This document shows positions 7,237 to 15,081 of a stretch of 15,506 bases of DNA, piece after piece; the first letter of the stretch is position 1; every line of letters starts with the position of its first letter. The stretch is from a virus (lineage: Duplodnaviria > Heunggongvirae > Uroviricota > Caudoviricetes). The position numbers and the translations under genes were made by a program. The notes below the pieces were generated by a model. It had not been told where the DNA came from and made no database searches. It was given only the letters and a program-made list of their open reading frames with translations. The stretch is taken from the IMG/VR virus record IMGVR_UViG_2703718798_000014, positions 1 to 15,506 of that record; one strand, written 5' to 3'.

Positions 7237-7509
7237 ATGGTACATGACCGCATAGCGGAAGAACTCGAGGCGAAAGGCTTTTACCGGAGGGCGGCGGCGC
7301 GATGGGGTGAAGTCATGCTGCTGGTGGAGACAGACAAGGAACGGCATCAGGTTACGATGCGACGGCTGGAATGTTCCAGGAAGGCACAGAAGCCACCGGA
7401 GCCGCCGGATAACTTCGGAGACCTGAGAAAGGCAGTAGATCGCACTTATGCTGAAATGGGTATAGATGGTGTAAGCGATGAAATATGGCGTAATTACCCA
7501 GACAGCTAA
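7237..7509 (+). CDS. Hypothetical small protein (91 aa); possibly PerC-like regulator (tentative)
   Basis: ATG 7237 with GAGGGGG RBS (the track start 7117 is an upstream extension overlapping ssb). Motif EELEAKGFYRRAAARWGEVM resembles my recollection of PerC-family proteins; unverified. Confidence 0.5.
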   Translation: MVHDRIAEELEAKGFYRRAAARWGEVMLLVETDKERHQVTMRRLECSRKAQKPPEPPDNFGDLRKAVDRTYAEMGIDGVSDEIWRNYPDS

Positions 7510-7514
7510 TCAAC

Positions 7515-7538
7515 AGCCGGAGAAATCCGGCTTTTTTT
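7515..7538 (+). terminator. Rho-independent terminator (stem AGCCGGA / TCCGGCT, GAAA loop, T7 run)
   Basis: Perfect 7-bp stem 7515-7521 / 7526-7532, tetraloop GAAA, then TTTTTTT; directly after the stop of the 7237-7509 gene. Confidence 0.65.
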
Positions 7539-7633
7539 GCACCAGTTGAAACGGTATGGCGCATTACCGGGTTTTCGTCACGGTCAGGCATAGTTACTAT
7601 CTGAAACAAACAGACACAACAGAGGAAAAAACA

Positions 7634-7858
7634 ATGCCGATGAAATTTGATGAGATATTAAAACAGCGTGATAAATACCATGCTGACAACATGGAGACGA
7701 TGAGCATCAATGATTACCGCGCATTCCTGGAGACGGGCGCACTGATTGAAAAGGATCAGCATGGTTTTGTGAGATGTGCTCTGTCCGGTGAAATGCTGGC
7801 GGTAAATCCTGAACAGATAGATGCATTGATAGAATTTCTGAAAGGGATCAGGGACTGA
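7634..7858 (+). CDS. Hypothetical protein (74 aa)
   Basis: ATG 7634 with AGAGGA RBS 7 nt upstream (the track start 7556 is an upstream extension). Flanked by two near-identical terminators. Confidence 0.5.
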   Translation: MPMKFDEILKQRDKYHADNMETMSINDYRAFLETGALIEKDQHGFVRCALSGEMLAVNPEQIDALIEFLKGIRD

Positions 7859-7868
7859 GCACGCATAC

Positions 7869-7890
7869 AGCCGGAGCAATCCGGCTTTTT
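7869..7890 (+). terminator. Rho-independent terminator (same stem AGCCGGA / TCCGGCT, GCAA loop, T5 run)
   Basis: Stem 7869-7875 / 7880-7886 identical to the 7515 terminator; T-run follows. Confidence 0.6.
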
Positions 7891-7909
7891 GTCATTTTTT
7901 GTAAATTAT

Positions 7910-7936
7910 TTGTTCGTGGTTGTTCCACGTTGTTCA
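7910..7936 (+). promoter_or_regulatory. Triple-box module TTGTTCGTGG-TTGTTCCACG-TTGTTCA upstream of the head/packaging operon
   Basis: Boxes at 7910, 7920, 7930 in exact 10-bp register; 215 bp upstream of the capsid ATG; third box (TTGTTCAC) also resembles the ori iteron. Confidence 0.5.
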
Positions 7937-8001
7937 CTGACAGGATCGGCATATTTTACCCGAACTGAATCATGAGTATTCTCGCCCGTGGTGCCAGGAC
8001 G

Positions 8002-8049
8002 CTGGGGCCACTTTCCCGCCTGTTAATGTGCTCGCCAATATTCATTACC
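8002..8049. promoter_or_regulatory. Long inverted repeat (11-bp perfect arms TTTCCCGCCTG / CAGGCGGGAAA, 26-bp spacer) in the capsid-operon leader
   Basis: Arms 8002-8012 and 8039-8049 are exact reverse complements. Confidence 0.35.
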
Positions 8050-8112
8050 AGGCGGGAAAACGATCGGTGCGATTGCTGATTTCCTTATGAAAAACGGTTG
8101 AGTTTTTGCCGC

Positions 8113-8150
8113 GTCCTGGAGTTCCTTACTTAACCCCAGGACTTTTTTTT
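8113..8150 (+). terminator. Intrinsic-terminator-like hairpin plus T8 run ending at the capsid start codon (candidate attenuator or antitermination target)
   Basis: Stem TCCTGGAGTT (8114-8123) pairs with AACCCCAGGA (8132-8141) with one mismatch; T8 at 8143-8150; ATG at 8151. No Shine-Dalgarno can fit between hairpin and ATG. Confidence 0.5.
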
Positions 8151-9308
8151 ATGCCGAGAATAATCGAATTACGCCAGCAGAAAACCGCCATTAAAAATCA
8201 GATGCGCGACATGCTGGAGAACGCGGAAAAAGAAAACCGCAGCCTTAACGATGCAGAGGGCGCAAAATTTGACGAATTACGCGCTAAAGCTGAATCCCTC
8301 GATAAAGACATTTCCCGCCTTGAAGCCATTGCAGACGAAGAGCGCAGCAAGCCAGGTAAAAGCAGCCAGACCACTGACCCGGCAGAACTCCGCAACTACA
8401 TCCTGACAGGTGAAACCCGCGCATTAAGTACAGGCGTTCCCGCTGATGGTGGTTATACCGTTATCCCCGAACTGAACACCGAAATCATGCGAATGCTGAC
8501 GGATGAATCCACCATGCGCCGCATCTGTACCGTGAAGAAAATCAGCAGCAACGAGTTTAAGCAGCTTGTTTCCGCTGGCGGTGCGACCGTTAACCACGGT
8601 GAAGAGGGTAAGACACGCGAACAGACCAGCACCCCGCAGATTAACGAGGTGAGCATTAAGCTGTATCCGGTCTATGCGTACCCGCGCACCACACAGGAAA
8701 TCGTGGATTTTTCCGATGTGGACATCCTTTCATGGCTGACGGGTGAGATTGGCGACACCTTCACGGAAACCGAAGAAAGCGATCTGGTTGTGGGCGACGG
8801 TGACAAAAAAGCAAAAGGTTTTTTATCCGTACCCCGTGCAGAGAAGAACGACAAAGAGCGTGATTTTGGTACGTTGCAGGTAATTAAACCTTCCGAATCT
8901 CTGGCGTGGACATCTGCGGACCCGCTGATCGACCTGAAATTTGCATTACGTAAAAAATACCGCAAAAACGCGGTCTGGGTGGTTAACTCCACGACGGCGG
9001 CAAAACTTCAGAAGGTGAAGAACGCGAACGGTGATTACATCTGGCGCGACCGTTTACAGGCTGGTGATCCTGATACGTTGCTGGGCCTTCCGGTCGAATA
9101 TCTGGAGTTTATGCCTGATAACGTTATTGCCCTGGGTGACTTCAAACGCGGTTACTACATTGTTGATCACGAAACAGGTGTTCGCACCAGACCGGACAAC
9201 CTCACAGAGCCGGGCTTCATCAAAATTTTCACGCAGAAATATTTAGGCGGTGGCGTGGTGGATTCGAACGCGATCAAGATTCTGGAACTGCCACAGGACG
9301 ACGATTAA
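8151..9308 (+). CDS. Major capsid protein, HK97 fold, with N-terminal delta (scaffold-like) domain
   Basis: 385 aa from ATG 8151 (the track start 8106 is an upstream TTG). N-terminal coiled-coil-like IELRQQKTAIKNQMRDMLENAEKENRSLNDAEGAKFDELRAKAESLDKDISRLEA; C-terminal half resembles HK97 gp5 by eye (...GDYIWRD...LLGLPVEY...GDFKRGYYIVDHETG...). Confidence 0.9.
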   Translation: MPRIIELRQQKTAIKNQMRDMLENAEKENRSLNDAEGAKFDELRAKAESLDKDISRLEAIADEERSKPGKSSQTTDPAELRNYILTGETRALSTGVPADGGYTVIPELNTEIMRMLTDESTMRRICTVKKISSNEFKQLVSAGGATVNHGEEGKTREQTSTPQINEVSIKLYPVYAYPRTTQEIVDFSDVDILSWLTGEIGDTFTETEESDLVVGDGDKKAKGFLSVPRAEKNDKERDFGTLQVIKPSESLAWTSADPLIDLKFALRKKYRKNAVWVVNSTTAAKLQKVKNANGDYIWRDRLQAGDPDTLLGLPVEYLEFMPDNVIALGDFKRGYYIVDHETGVRTRPDNLTEPGFIKIFTQKYLGGGVVDSNAIKILELPQDDD

Positions 9309-9318
9309 CAGCATACAG

Positions 9319-9347
9319 AAGGGGCTTAAAAGCCCCTTTAGTGTTTT
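9319..9347 (+). terminator. Stem-loop (AAGGGGCTT / AAGCCCCTT) after the capsid gene; partial terminator or stability element
   Basis: Perfect 9-bp inverted repeat 9319-9327 / 9330-9338, followed by T-rich TTTAGTGTTTT; sits between capsid stop and protease start. Confidence 0.4.
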
Positions 9348-9920
9348 ATGGGTGAAAAAATTATGAAGAGTATGGAAATCCGGTCATCGGAAATCACCAC
9401 CAGCGCCAGCAACACGCTTACAGGCTACGTTGTTCGCTGGGATAAGCTTTCAGAGCTGCTATGGGGGGAGTTTTACGAAAAATTCCAGCGGGGAGCGTTT
9501 ACTGAATGGCTTGCGGCGGGTAATGACGTTCGCGGCCTGTATGAGCATGACCACAGCATGTTGCTGGGGCGTACCCGTTCCGGCACGCTGAAACTGGAAG
9601 AGGACGAAACAGGGTTACGCTTTGAACTGACCCCACCGGATACCAGTACAGGGCGCGACGTTATCGAACTGGTTAAGCGTGGGGACATCTCGGGGATGAG
9701 CTTTGGCTTTCGCTCCCGTAAGGATGTATGGGATACCACAACAGATCCATGCGTGCGCACCGTGCTGGTGGCGGAACTGTACGAAATTACCGTTACATCG
9801 GTACCGGCTTACCCCGATTCCGGCGTGGAGCTGGCCCGCCGTTCCCTGTATGAGCAGCACCCCGAAAAAATGCCGCGTGCGGATAATCGCCGCTGGTGGG
9901 TGGATTTAGCGGGGGTGTGA
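9348..9920 (+). CDS. Prohead maturation protease, HK97 family (peptidase S78)
   Basis: Motifs TGYVVRWD, YEHDHSMLLGRTRSGTL, GRDVIELVKRGDISGMSFGF, ITVTSVPAYPDSG match the HK97 gp4-type protease pattern. Start ambiguous (ATG at 9348, 9363 or 9372). Confidence 0.85.
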   Translation: MGEKIMKSMEIRSSEITTSASNTLTGYVVRWDKLSELLWGEFYEKFQRGAFTEWLAAGNDVRGLYEHDHSMLLGRTRSGTLKLEEDETGLRFELTPPDTSTGRDVIELVKRGDISGMSFGFRSRKDVWDTTTDPCVRTVLVAELYEITVTSVPAYPDSGVELARRSLYEQHPEKMPRADNRRWWVDLAGV

Positions 9921-9921
9921 T

Positions 9922-11133
9922 ATGTGGCTTTTCAGAAGAAAAAAAGAGCAGCGCAGCATGACGCTTGATGAATTTATGGCGCTGGCTGGCACATCGAACA
10001 CGGGGGCGGGTGAGTACGTATCATCGGGGACAGCGGAATCACTGCCCGCCGTCATGAACGCCGTGACGGTCATCTCTGAGGCGGTGGCTACCATGCCGTG
10101 TTACCTGTACCTGGTACGCAATGAGAAGGGTAAGGAGGCCCGCGAGTGGCTTGATTCTCATCCGGTCGATCATATCCTCAACGAGCGCCCGAACGCATGG
10201 CAAACCCCCTACCAGTTTAAGCGAATGATGATCCGCCACTGCCTGTTAAACGGTAATGCTTACGCGGTGATTCAGTGGGGGCGTGATGGTTTTCCGGCGG
10301 CTTTACATCCTTACCCGCCGCAGTCGGTGAACGTGGAGCAGACAGGAGAACACAACTGGCGCTATTGCATCACTGACGCCTACACCGGAAACACCCGCAA
10401 CTATTTACCGTGGGAAGTACTTCACCTTCGTTACTCCACGGATGACGGCTTTATGGGGCGCTCACCTGTAACCATCTGCCGCGAATCGCTGGGGCTTGGG
10501 CTGGCCCAACAACGCCACGGCGCGAGCGTGATGCGTGATGGCATGATGGCGGCAGGGGTTATCACGTCAGGCGAATGGCTGGACGGCGTGAAAGGCAAAC
10601 AGGCATTAGCCGCACTGGAACGCTACAAAGGGGCCAGAAACGCCGGAAAAACGCCCATCCTTGAAGGGGGCATGAGTTACCAGCAGCTGGGCATGAGTAA
10701 CCAGGACGCCGAATGGCTGGCCTCCCGTCGCTTCACCATTGAAGACATCGCCCGAATGTTCAACGTCTCGCCGATTTTTCTGCAGGAATACAGCAACAGC
10801 ACCTACAGCAATTTCAGCGAGGCAAGCCGCGCATTTCTCACCATGACGATGCGCCCGTGGCTGGCGAACTTTGAGCAGCAGATAAAAAACGCCTTGCTGG
10901 TGGTCTCGCCTGTACCTGGTATCCGGTATCAGGTGGAGTTTGACAGCGCGGACCTGTTACGGGCCACACCTGGCGAACGCTTTGCCACCTATGAGCGAGG
11001 CATCAAATCCGGTGTTATGTGCCCGAACGAAGCCCGCGAACGAGAAGGGTTGTCTCCGCGTGATGGTGGTGATGAGTTCAGCCAGGCATGGAAACAGGAA
11101 GTAAAAATCAGCGAGGGAGAAAAACCGGAATGA
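9922..11133 (+). CDS. Portal protein, HK97 family
   Basis: 403 aa; portal-like motifs ERPNAWQTPYQF, LLNGNAYAVIQW, GRSPVTICRESLGLGLA, DAEWLASRRFTIEDIARMFNVSPIFL, NEAREREGL. GGGGGTG RBS; position after protease. Confidence 0.9.
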   Translation: MWLFRRKKEQRSMTLDEFMALAGTSNTGAGEYVSSGTAESLPAVMNAVTVISEAVATMPCYLYLVRNEKGKEAREWLDSHPVDHILNERPNAWQTPYQFKRMMIRHCLLNGNAYAVIQWGRDGFPAALHPYPPQSVNVEQTGEHNWRYCITDAYTGNTRNYLPWEVLHLRYSTDDGFMGRSPVTICRESLGLGLAQQRHGASVMRDGMMAAGVITSGEWLDGVKGKQALAALERYKGARNAGKTPILEGGMSYQQLGMSNQDAEWLASRRFTIEDIARMFNVSPIFLQEYSNSTYSNFSEASRAFLTMTMRPWLANFEQQIKNALLVVSPVPGIRYQVEFDSADLLRATPGERFATYERGIKSGVMCPNEAREREGLSPRDGGDEFSQAWKQEVKISEGEKPE

Positions 11134-11468
11134 ACATAGGGCGACTGCGTGACAGGGTAACGATTCAGACCCTGAAACAGACCAGAGCCATGACGGGCGA
11201 AATACTCGAAACGTGGGAGGACGGTCACACACTCTGGGCAAGCGTGAACATGGTCAGCAGCAAGGAGGCCATTTCATCGGGTGCAGAGCTGGCGATTGGT
11301 ACCGTAAGGATCTGGATACGGTACCGGAAGGACATCAACGCCACCAGCCGGATAAAGGTCAATACGGGGCCGCTGGCGGGGCGTGTACTGAATATCATCG
11401 GGCAGCCGCTGCCGGATGCCGCCAGGACACGCCTTGAAATTCTTTGTCGTGAGGGCGCGGAAAAATGA
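11130..11468 (+). CDS. Head closure / head-tail joining protein (Phage_H_T_join-like)
   Basis: 112 aa from ATG 11130 (ATGA overlap with portal stop; the track start 11088 is an upstream extension). N-terminus MNIGRLRDRVTIQ and ...WASV...IRYRKDI... fit the head-tail joining family pattern. Confidence 0.7.
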   Translation: MNIGRLRDRVTIQTLKQTRAMTGEILETWEDGHTLWASVNMVSSKEAISSGAELAIGTVRIWIRYRKDINATSRIKVNTGPLAGRVLNIIGQPLPDAARTRLEILCREGAEK

Positions 11469-11761
11469 CAGAAGAACTTATCACCCTGGAAGAAGTGAAA
11501 CTCCATTGCCGCATCGATGGCGACGAGGAAGACCAGTTAATCAGCGGATACATTGCCGCATCGCTTGAGGCGTGCCAGATACACATAGGCAGGCGCTTTG
11601 ATGACGGGCTGGAGTTCACGCCAGCCATAAAGATTGGCTGCATGATGTTTATCGCTCACCTGTATGAGAATCGCCAGATTGTCGCGGATAACGCAAAAAC
11701 ACACGTACCCATGACGATTGGCGCACTCTGGACGGCTTACCGTGATGTGGGGGTGTACTGA
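11465..11761 (+). CDS. gp6-like head-tail connector (DNA-packaging) protein
   Basis: 98 aa; N-terminus LITLEEVKLHCRIDGDEEDQLISGYIAASLEACQIHIGRRF matches the gp6-like connector pattern; start overlaps previous stop. Confidence 0.7.
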   Translation: MTEELITLEEVKLHCRIDGDEEDQLISGYIAASLEACQIHIGRRFDDGLEFTPAIKIGCMMFIAHLYENRQIVADNAKTHVPMTIGALWTAYRDVGVY

Positions 11762-12201
11762 TGCCGTGGCAACCATTAAGACGATGTACAGAACCAGGCT
11801 GCAACAGGCGCGTGAAGTCCGGCAAGTGTGAGGAGCACAGACGCAGCGCACGCCAGCAGCAGGACAGCCGGAGAGGCAGCAGCAGGGAGCGAGGGTATAC
11901 GAGGCAGTGGGAGAAATACCGCGCCATGTATCTGAGTAAAAACCCGTTATGTGCGCATTGCCTGGAAAAAGGAATATACACGCCCGCCGTGGTGGTGGAT
12001 CACATTATCCCAATCGATGGCGGTAATGATGTTCTCTTCTGGCCTGAGTGGAATCATCAGCCATTGTGCCAGGCGTGTCATAACCAGAAAACGAAATGGC
12101 TTGATCCGTCCACAAAAAACAAGCGTGCTGCGGGTGGATTCCGTGAGGAGGAAGAACGGGCCGCTAACCGCAATAACTGGATGTATGGCGCTGATGAATG
12201 A
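11761..12201 (+). CDS. HNH endonuclease (packaging-associated)
   Basis: 146 aa; zinc-finger/HNH signature CTEPGCNRRVKSGKCEEH...NPLCAHCL...VDHIIPIDGGND...NHQPLCQACHNQKT. Position just upstream of the terminase genes is typical of HNH/cos-packaging HK97-like heads. Confidence 0.85.
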   Translation: MPWQPLRRCTEPGCNRRVKSGKCEEHRRSARQQQDSRRGSSRERGYTRQWEKYRAMYLSKNPLCAHCLEKGIYTPAVVVDHIIPIDGGNDVLFWPEWNHQPLCQACHNQKTKWLDPSTKNKRAAGGFREEEERAANRNNWMYGADE

Positions 12202-12367
12202 GCGGGAACAAAACCGCCTTATCCGTGGACTTATAAGGCAGCGTGACGCATGGAAGGCACAGGAAACAGGGCATAAAGATAAAGCATCAGGACGCGCAGA
12301 ACGCATCACAGCGACGCGATTAAACGACCGTGACCGCGAGGTTATGGAATGTTTCCGCAATCGCTGA
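12194..12367 (+). CDS. Possible small basic protein (57 aa) between HNH and cos candidate
   Basis: ATG 12194 (or 12185), weak RBS, overlaps HNH stop. Product MNEREQNRLIRGLIRQRDAWKAQETGHK... The track ORF 11951-12367 is an upstream extension overlapping HNH. Confidence 0.3.
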   Translation: MNEREQNRLIRGLIRQRDAWKAQETGHKDKASGRAERITATRLNDRDREVMECFRNR

Positions 12368-12370
12368 TGA

Positions 12371-12489
12371 GGCAGCCGGACGGGGTGGGGGGAGTTTTCA
12401 GGACGAACCCGACCCCGCCCAGAACCGAACGCCTCCTCAAATTTTTATGCACGGGAATTTTTTGAAAAATAATCTGGCGAAAAATAAGC
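12371..12489. other. Candidate cos (terminase recognition/cleavage) region: G-rich imperfect inverted repeat followed by AT-rich A-tract DNA
   Basis: GGACGGGGTGGGG (12378-12390) and CCCGACCCCGCCC (12408-12420) are imperfect inverse complements; then AAATTTTTATGCACGGGAATTTTTTGAAAAATAAT. Located between HNH and TerS as in HK97-like cos phages. Confidence 0.35.
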
Positions 12490-12846
12490 ATGGCAAGACC
12501 ACCGAAAGTCCCCGCCTACCTGGATGACATCGCCGTGAAGCAGTGGCGGGAAAAATCGCGGCAGCTTGCGGAACGGGGAGACCTGACCCCCGCCGACTGG
12601 AGCAATCTGGAACTGTATTGTGTCAACTACTCCATTTACCGGAAAGCCGTTGCAGACCTTGCGGCGCGCGGGTTCAGCATTGTTAACAGTCAGGGCGGCG
12701 AGAGCAGAAACCCCGCATTAAGCGCAAAATCCGACGCTGAAAGAGTGATGATAAAAATGGCCTCCTTGCTCGGTTTTGACCCGATAAGCCGCCGTAAAAA
12801 TCCACCGGAAACAGAAGAAGAGGACGAGCTTGACCGCCTGGAATAA
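12490..12846 (+). CDS. terS: Terminase small subunit (P27 / HK97 gp1 family)
   Basis: 118 aa; pattern ...AVKQWREKSRQLAERGDLTPADWSNLELYCVNYSIYRKAVADL...SRNPALSAKSDAERVMIKMASLLGFDPISRRK matches P27-family small terminase; stop overlaps TerL start. Confidence 0.85.
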   Translation: MARPPKVPAYLDDIAVKQWREKSRQLAERGDLTPADWSNLELYCVNYSIYRKAVADLAARGFSIVNSQGGESRNPALSAKSDAERVMIKMASLLGFDPISRRKNPPETEEEDELDRLE

Positions 12847-14491
12847 GTACGCAGAAGACGTAAAAACGGGCAAAATTCCGGCCTGTAAACGGCTGAAACA
12901 GGCCGTTAAACGGTACTTTTCGGACCTTAAAAACCCCCTTTATACGTTCGATCGTGAGGTTGTGGAGCGGTTTATTGCCTTTTCCAGGGTGTGCCCGCAC
13001 GTAAAAGGGCCGATGCGTGGCAGACCCATTGAGCTGGAGCCGTGGCAGCAGTTCGCCTTTGCGTGCATCCTCGGCTTTAAGGTTAAGGCCACCGGACGGC
13101 GCAAATACACGAGCGCCTTTATCGAAGTGCCGCGCAAAAATGCTAAATCAACGACCGCCGCGATTCTGGCTAACTGGTTTCTGATTATGGAGAACGGTCA
13201 GCAGGATATTTACACCGCAGCGGTGAGCCGTGACCAGGCGAGGATCGTATTTGATGATGCGCGTCAGATGTGCATTTTATCCCGACCGTTACGCAGGCGG
13301 GTGAATATTCAGGCGCATAAGGTGATACACCCGAAAACCAACAGCCTGTTAAAGCCGCTGGCAGCAAAAGCGGCAACTATCGAGGGCACAAACCCCAGTC
13401 TTTCTATCGTGGACGAATACCACCTACACCCCGACAACGGCGTATATTCTGCGCTTGAACTGGGGATGGGGGCACGTCCCGAAGGGCTGTTATTTGCCAT
13501 TACCACATCGGGAAGTAACGTCGTTTCAGCCTGTAAGCAGCATTATGATTATTGCTGCCAGATCCTGGACGGCGAAGAGGTTAACGAATCGCTTTTTGTG
13601 CTGATTTACGAACTGGACGACGAAAACGAGGTTGATGATCCGGAGATGTGGATAAAGGCGAACCCTAATATCGATGTTTCCGTGGATCGTGAAAAACTGG
13701 CCTCAACCATTCAGAAAGCGCGGGGTATTCCGTCGCAATGGGTGGAGATGATGACAAAGCGATTTAATATCTGGTGTCAGGGGACTACCCCGTGGATGGG
13801 TAATGGTGCATGGGCTGAGTGTGCCGGAACGTTCACGGAGGAAGATTTACACGGTCAGGAGTGTTACGCGGGGCTGGACTTATCATCAACCAGCGATATT
13901 TCCAGCGTGTGCTATGCCTTTCCGGTCGGTAAAACCATTATGATGATTTCCCGTCATTATCTGCCGGAGTTCCAGCTACAGAACCCCGCCAATAAAAACC
14001 GCGCTGTCTATCGTCAGTGGGCTAAAGCAGGCTGGATACGCACAACGCCTGGCGACTGCATTGATTACGACCGGATCAGAGATGACATCATGCAGGACGC
14101 GGAGAAATTTAATATCAGGCTGGTGGGCTTTGATACGTGGAACGCCACGCATCTCAGAACGCAATTACAGGGGGCAGGTTTTGAGGTGGAGCCGTTCCCG
14201 CAAACCTACCTCAGATTCAGTCCGGCGGCGAAATCGTTCGAAGTTTTTGTTAACCGCAGGGTGATTGTGCATCGTGGCGATCCGGTGTTGTCCTGGTCGA
14301 TGAGTAACGTCGTGATGCAGAGTGACGCGAACGCCAATATCAAGCCGAACAAGAAAAAATCACCGAACAAGATAGACCCGAGCGTGGCGGCGCTGATGGC
14401 GTTTGGTACATTCCAGGCAGAGCATGAGGATTTTGCTTTTGATATAAGCGACAGCCACCGCCAGAAACTGGAAGAATTTAGCGGGGTGTAA
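12830..14491 (+). CDS. terL: Terminase large subunit (HK97 gp2 / Terminase_1 family)
   Basis: 553 aa; apparent TTG start overlapping terS. ATPase motif VPRKNAKSTTAA (the PRKNGKS-type Walker A of this family) and C-terminal nuclease-like region. Confidence 0.9.
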   Translation: MTAWNKYAEDVKTGKIPACKRLKQAVKRYFSDLKNPLYTFDREVVERFIAFSRVCPHVKGPMRGRPIELEPWQQFAFACILGFKVKATGRRKYTSAFIEVPRKNAKSTTAAILANWFLIMENGQQDIYTAAVSRDQARIVFDDARQMCILSRPLRRRVNIQAHKVIHPKTNSLLKPLAAKAATIEGTNPSLSIVDEYHLHPDNGVYSALELGMGARPEGLLFAITTSGSNVVSACKQHYDYCCQILDGEEVNESLFVLIYELDDENEVDDPEMWIKANPNIDVSVDREKLASTIQKARGIPSQWVEMMTKRFNIWCQGTTPWMGNGAWAECAGTFTEEDLHGQECYAGLDLSSTSDISSVCYAFPVGKTIMMISRHYLPEFQLQNPANKNRAVYRQWAKAGWIRTTPGDCIDYDRIRDDIMQDAEKFNIRLVGFDTWNATHLRTQLQGAGFEVEPFPQTYLRFSPAAKSFEVFVNRRVIVHRGDPVLSWSMSNVVMQSDANANIKPNKKKSPNKIDPSVAALMAFGTFQAEHEDFAFDISDSHRQKLEEFSGV

Positions 14492-14504
14492 TGAGGTCAG
14501 CAGC

Positions 14505-14786
14505 ATGACAGAAGCCGAAATAACGGGATTAATCCGCCGCGTTGCCGGAATCAGCCAGCAGGCTGACGAACAGGCCACGCAGCCGGACAGCGTGACAGCC
14601 GAAAACTATGCGCGTGTTGTTGCTGAGGTGATGCGCCGTGATGGTATAGAACTTAATGGCGTGGATATGCGCAACATACGAACCAGAGTTCTTGAGTTGC
14701 TGGCCTACCGTCGCCGCGTGGAGATGTATCGGGAGAAGGAGAAAATAACGTACCACTGGAAGAAGCCGGAGCGGTTGCGGCGGTAA
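14505..14786 (+). CDS. Hypothetical protein (93 aa) downstream of TerL
   Basis: GAGGT RBS 7 nt upstream of ATG 14505; basic C-terminus. No recognised motif. Confidence 0.5.
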   Translation: MTEAEITGLIRRVAGISQQADEQATQPDSVTAENYARVVAEVMRRDGIELNGVDMRNIRTRVLELLAYRRRVEMYREKEKITYHWKKPERLRR

Positions 14787-15081
14787 CTGGTTGATATTCC
14801 CGACGGACCAAAAATGGGTGGCTACATCCCTCGCTTCTGAGGACTGTTAACAAGCTGCCTGAAAGACAGTCACAAACTACGAAATTTTCGCAGTTTAATT
14901 AATGATCAGCTTAATCGCTAACCCGCTGATATTTTCGGAAACCTCAATTTGAGGAAGTCGGCGCGGTAACTCGCTGAACTTTAAGCAAAGTGCAAAATTG
15001 CGCTTGCTGAATAATCATTATGATTACGCAGATGATTAAGGAATGACCGAAGGCGGAAATTCGCCTGTGGTTAATGGGGGA

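Noticed and set aside
7971-8078. 35-codon ORF (MSILARGARTLGPLSRLLMCSPIFITRRENDRCDC) in the capsid-operon leader
   Set aside because: No RBS, Cys-rich product, overlaps the long inverted repeat; probably non-coding leader sequence.
8198-11643. Minus-strand and alternate-frame ORFs across the capsid, protease, portal and connector genes
   Set aside because: All overlap well-supported structural genes with recognisable family motifs; products are compositionally atypical.
11947-13506. Alternate-frame ORFs across HNH, TerS and TerL (11947-12360 minus, 12683-13000 minus, 12940-13137 minus, 13185-13376 minus, 13309-13506 minus)
   Set aside because: Overlap confident HNH and terminase ORFs; no start signals.
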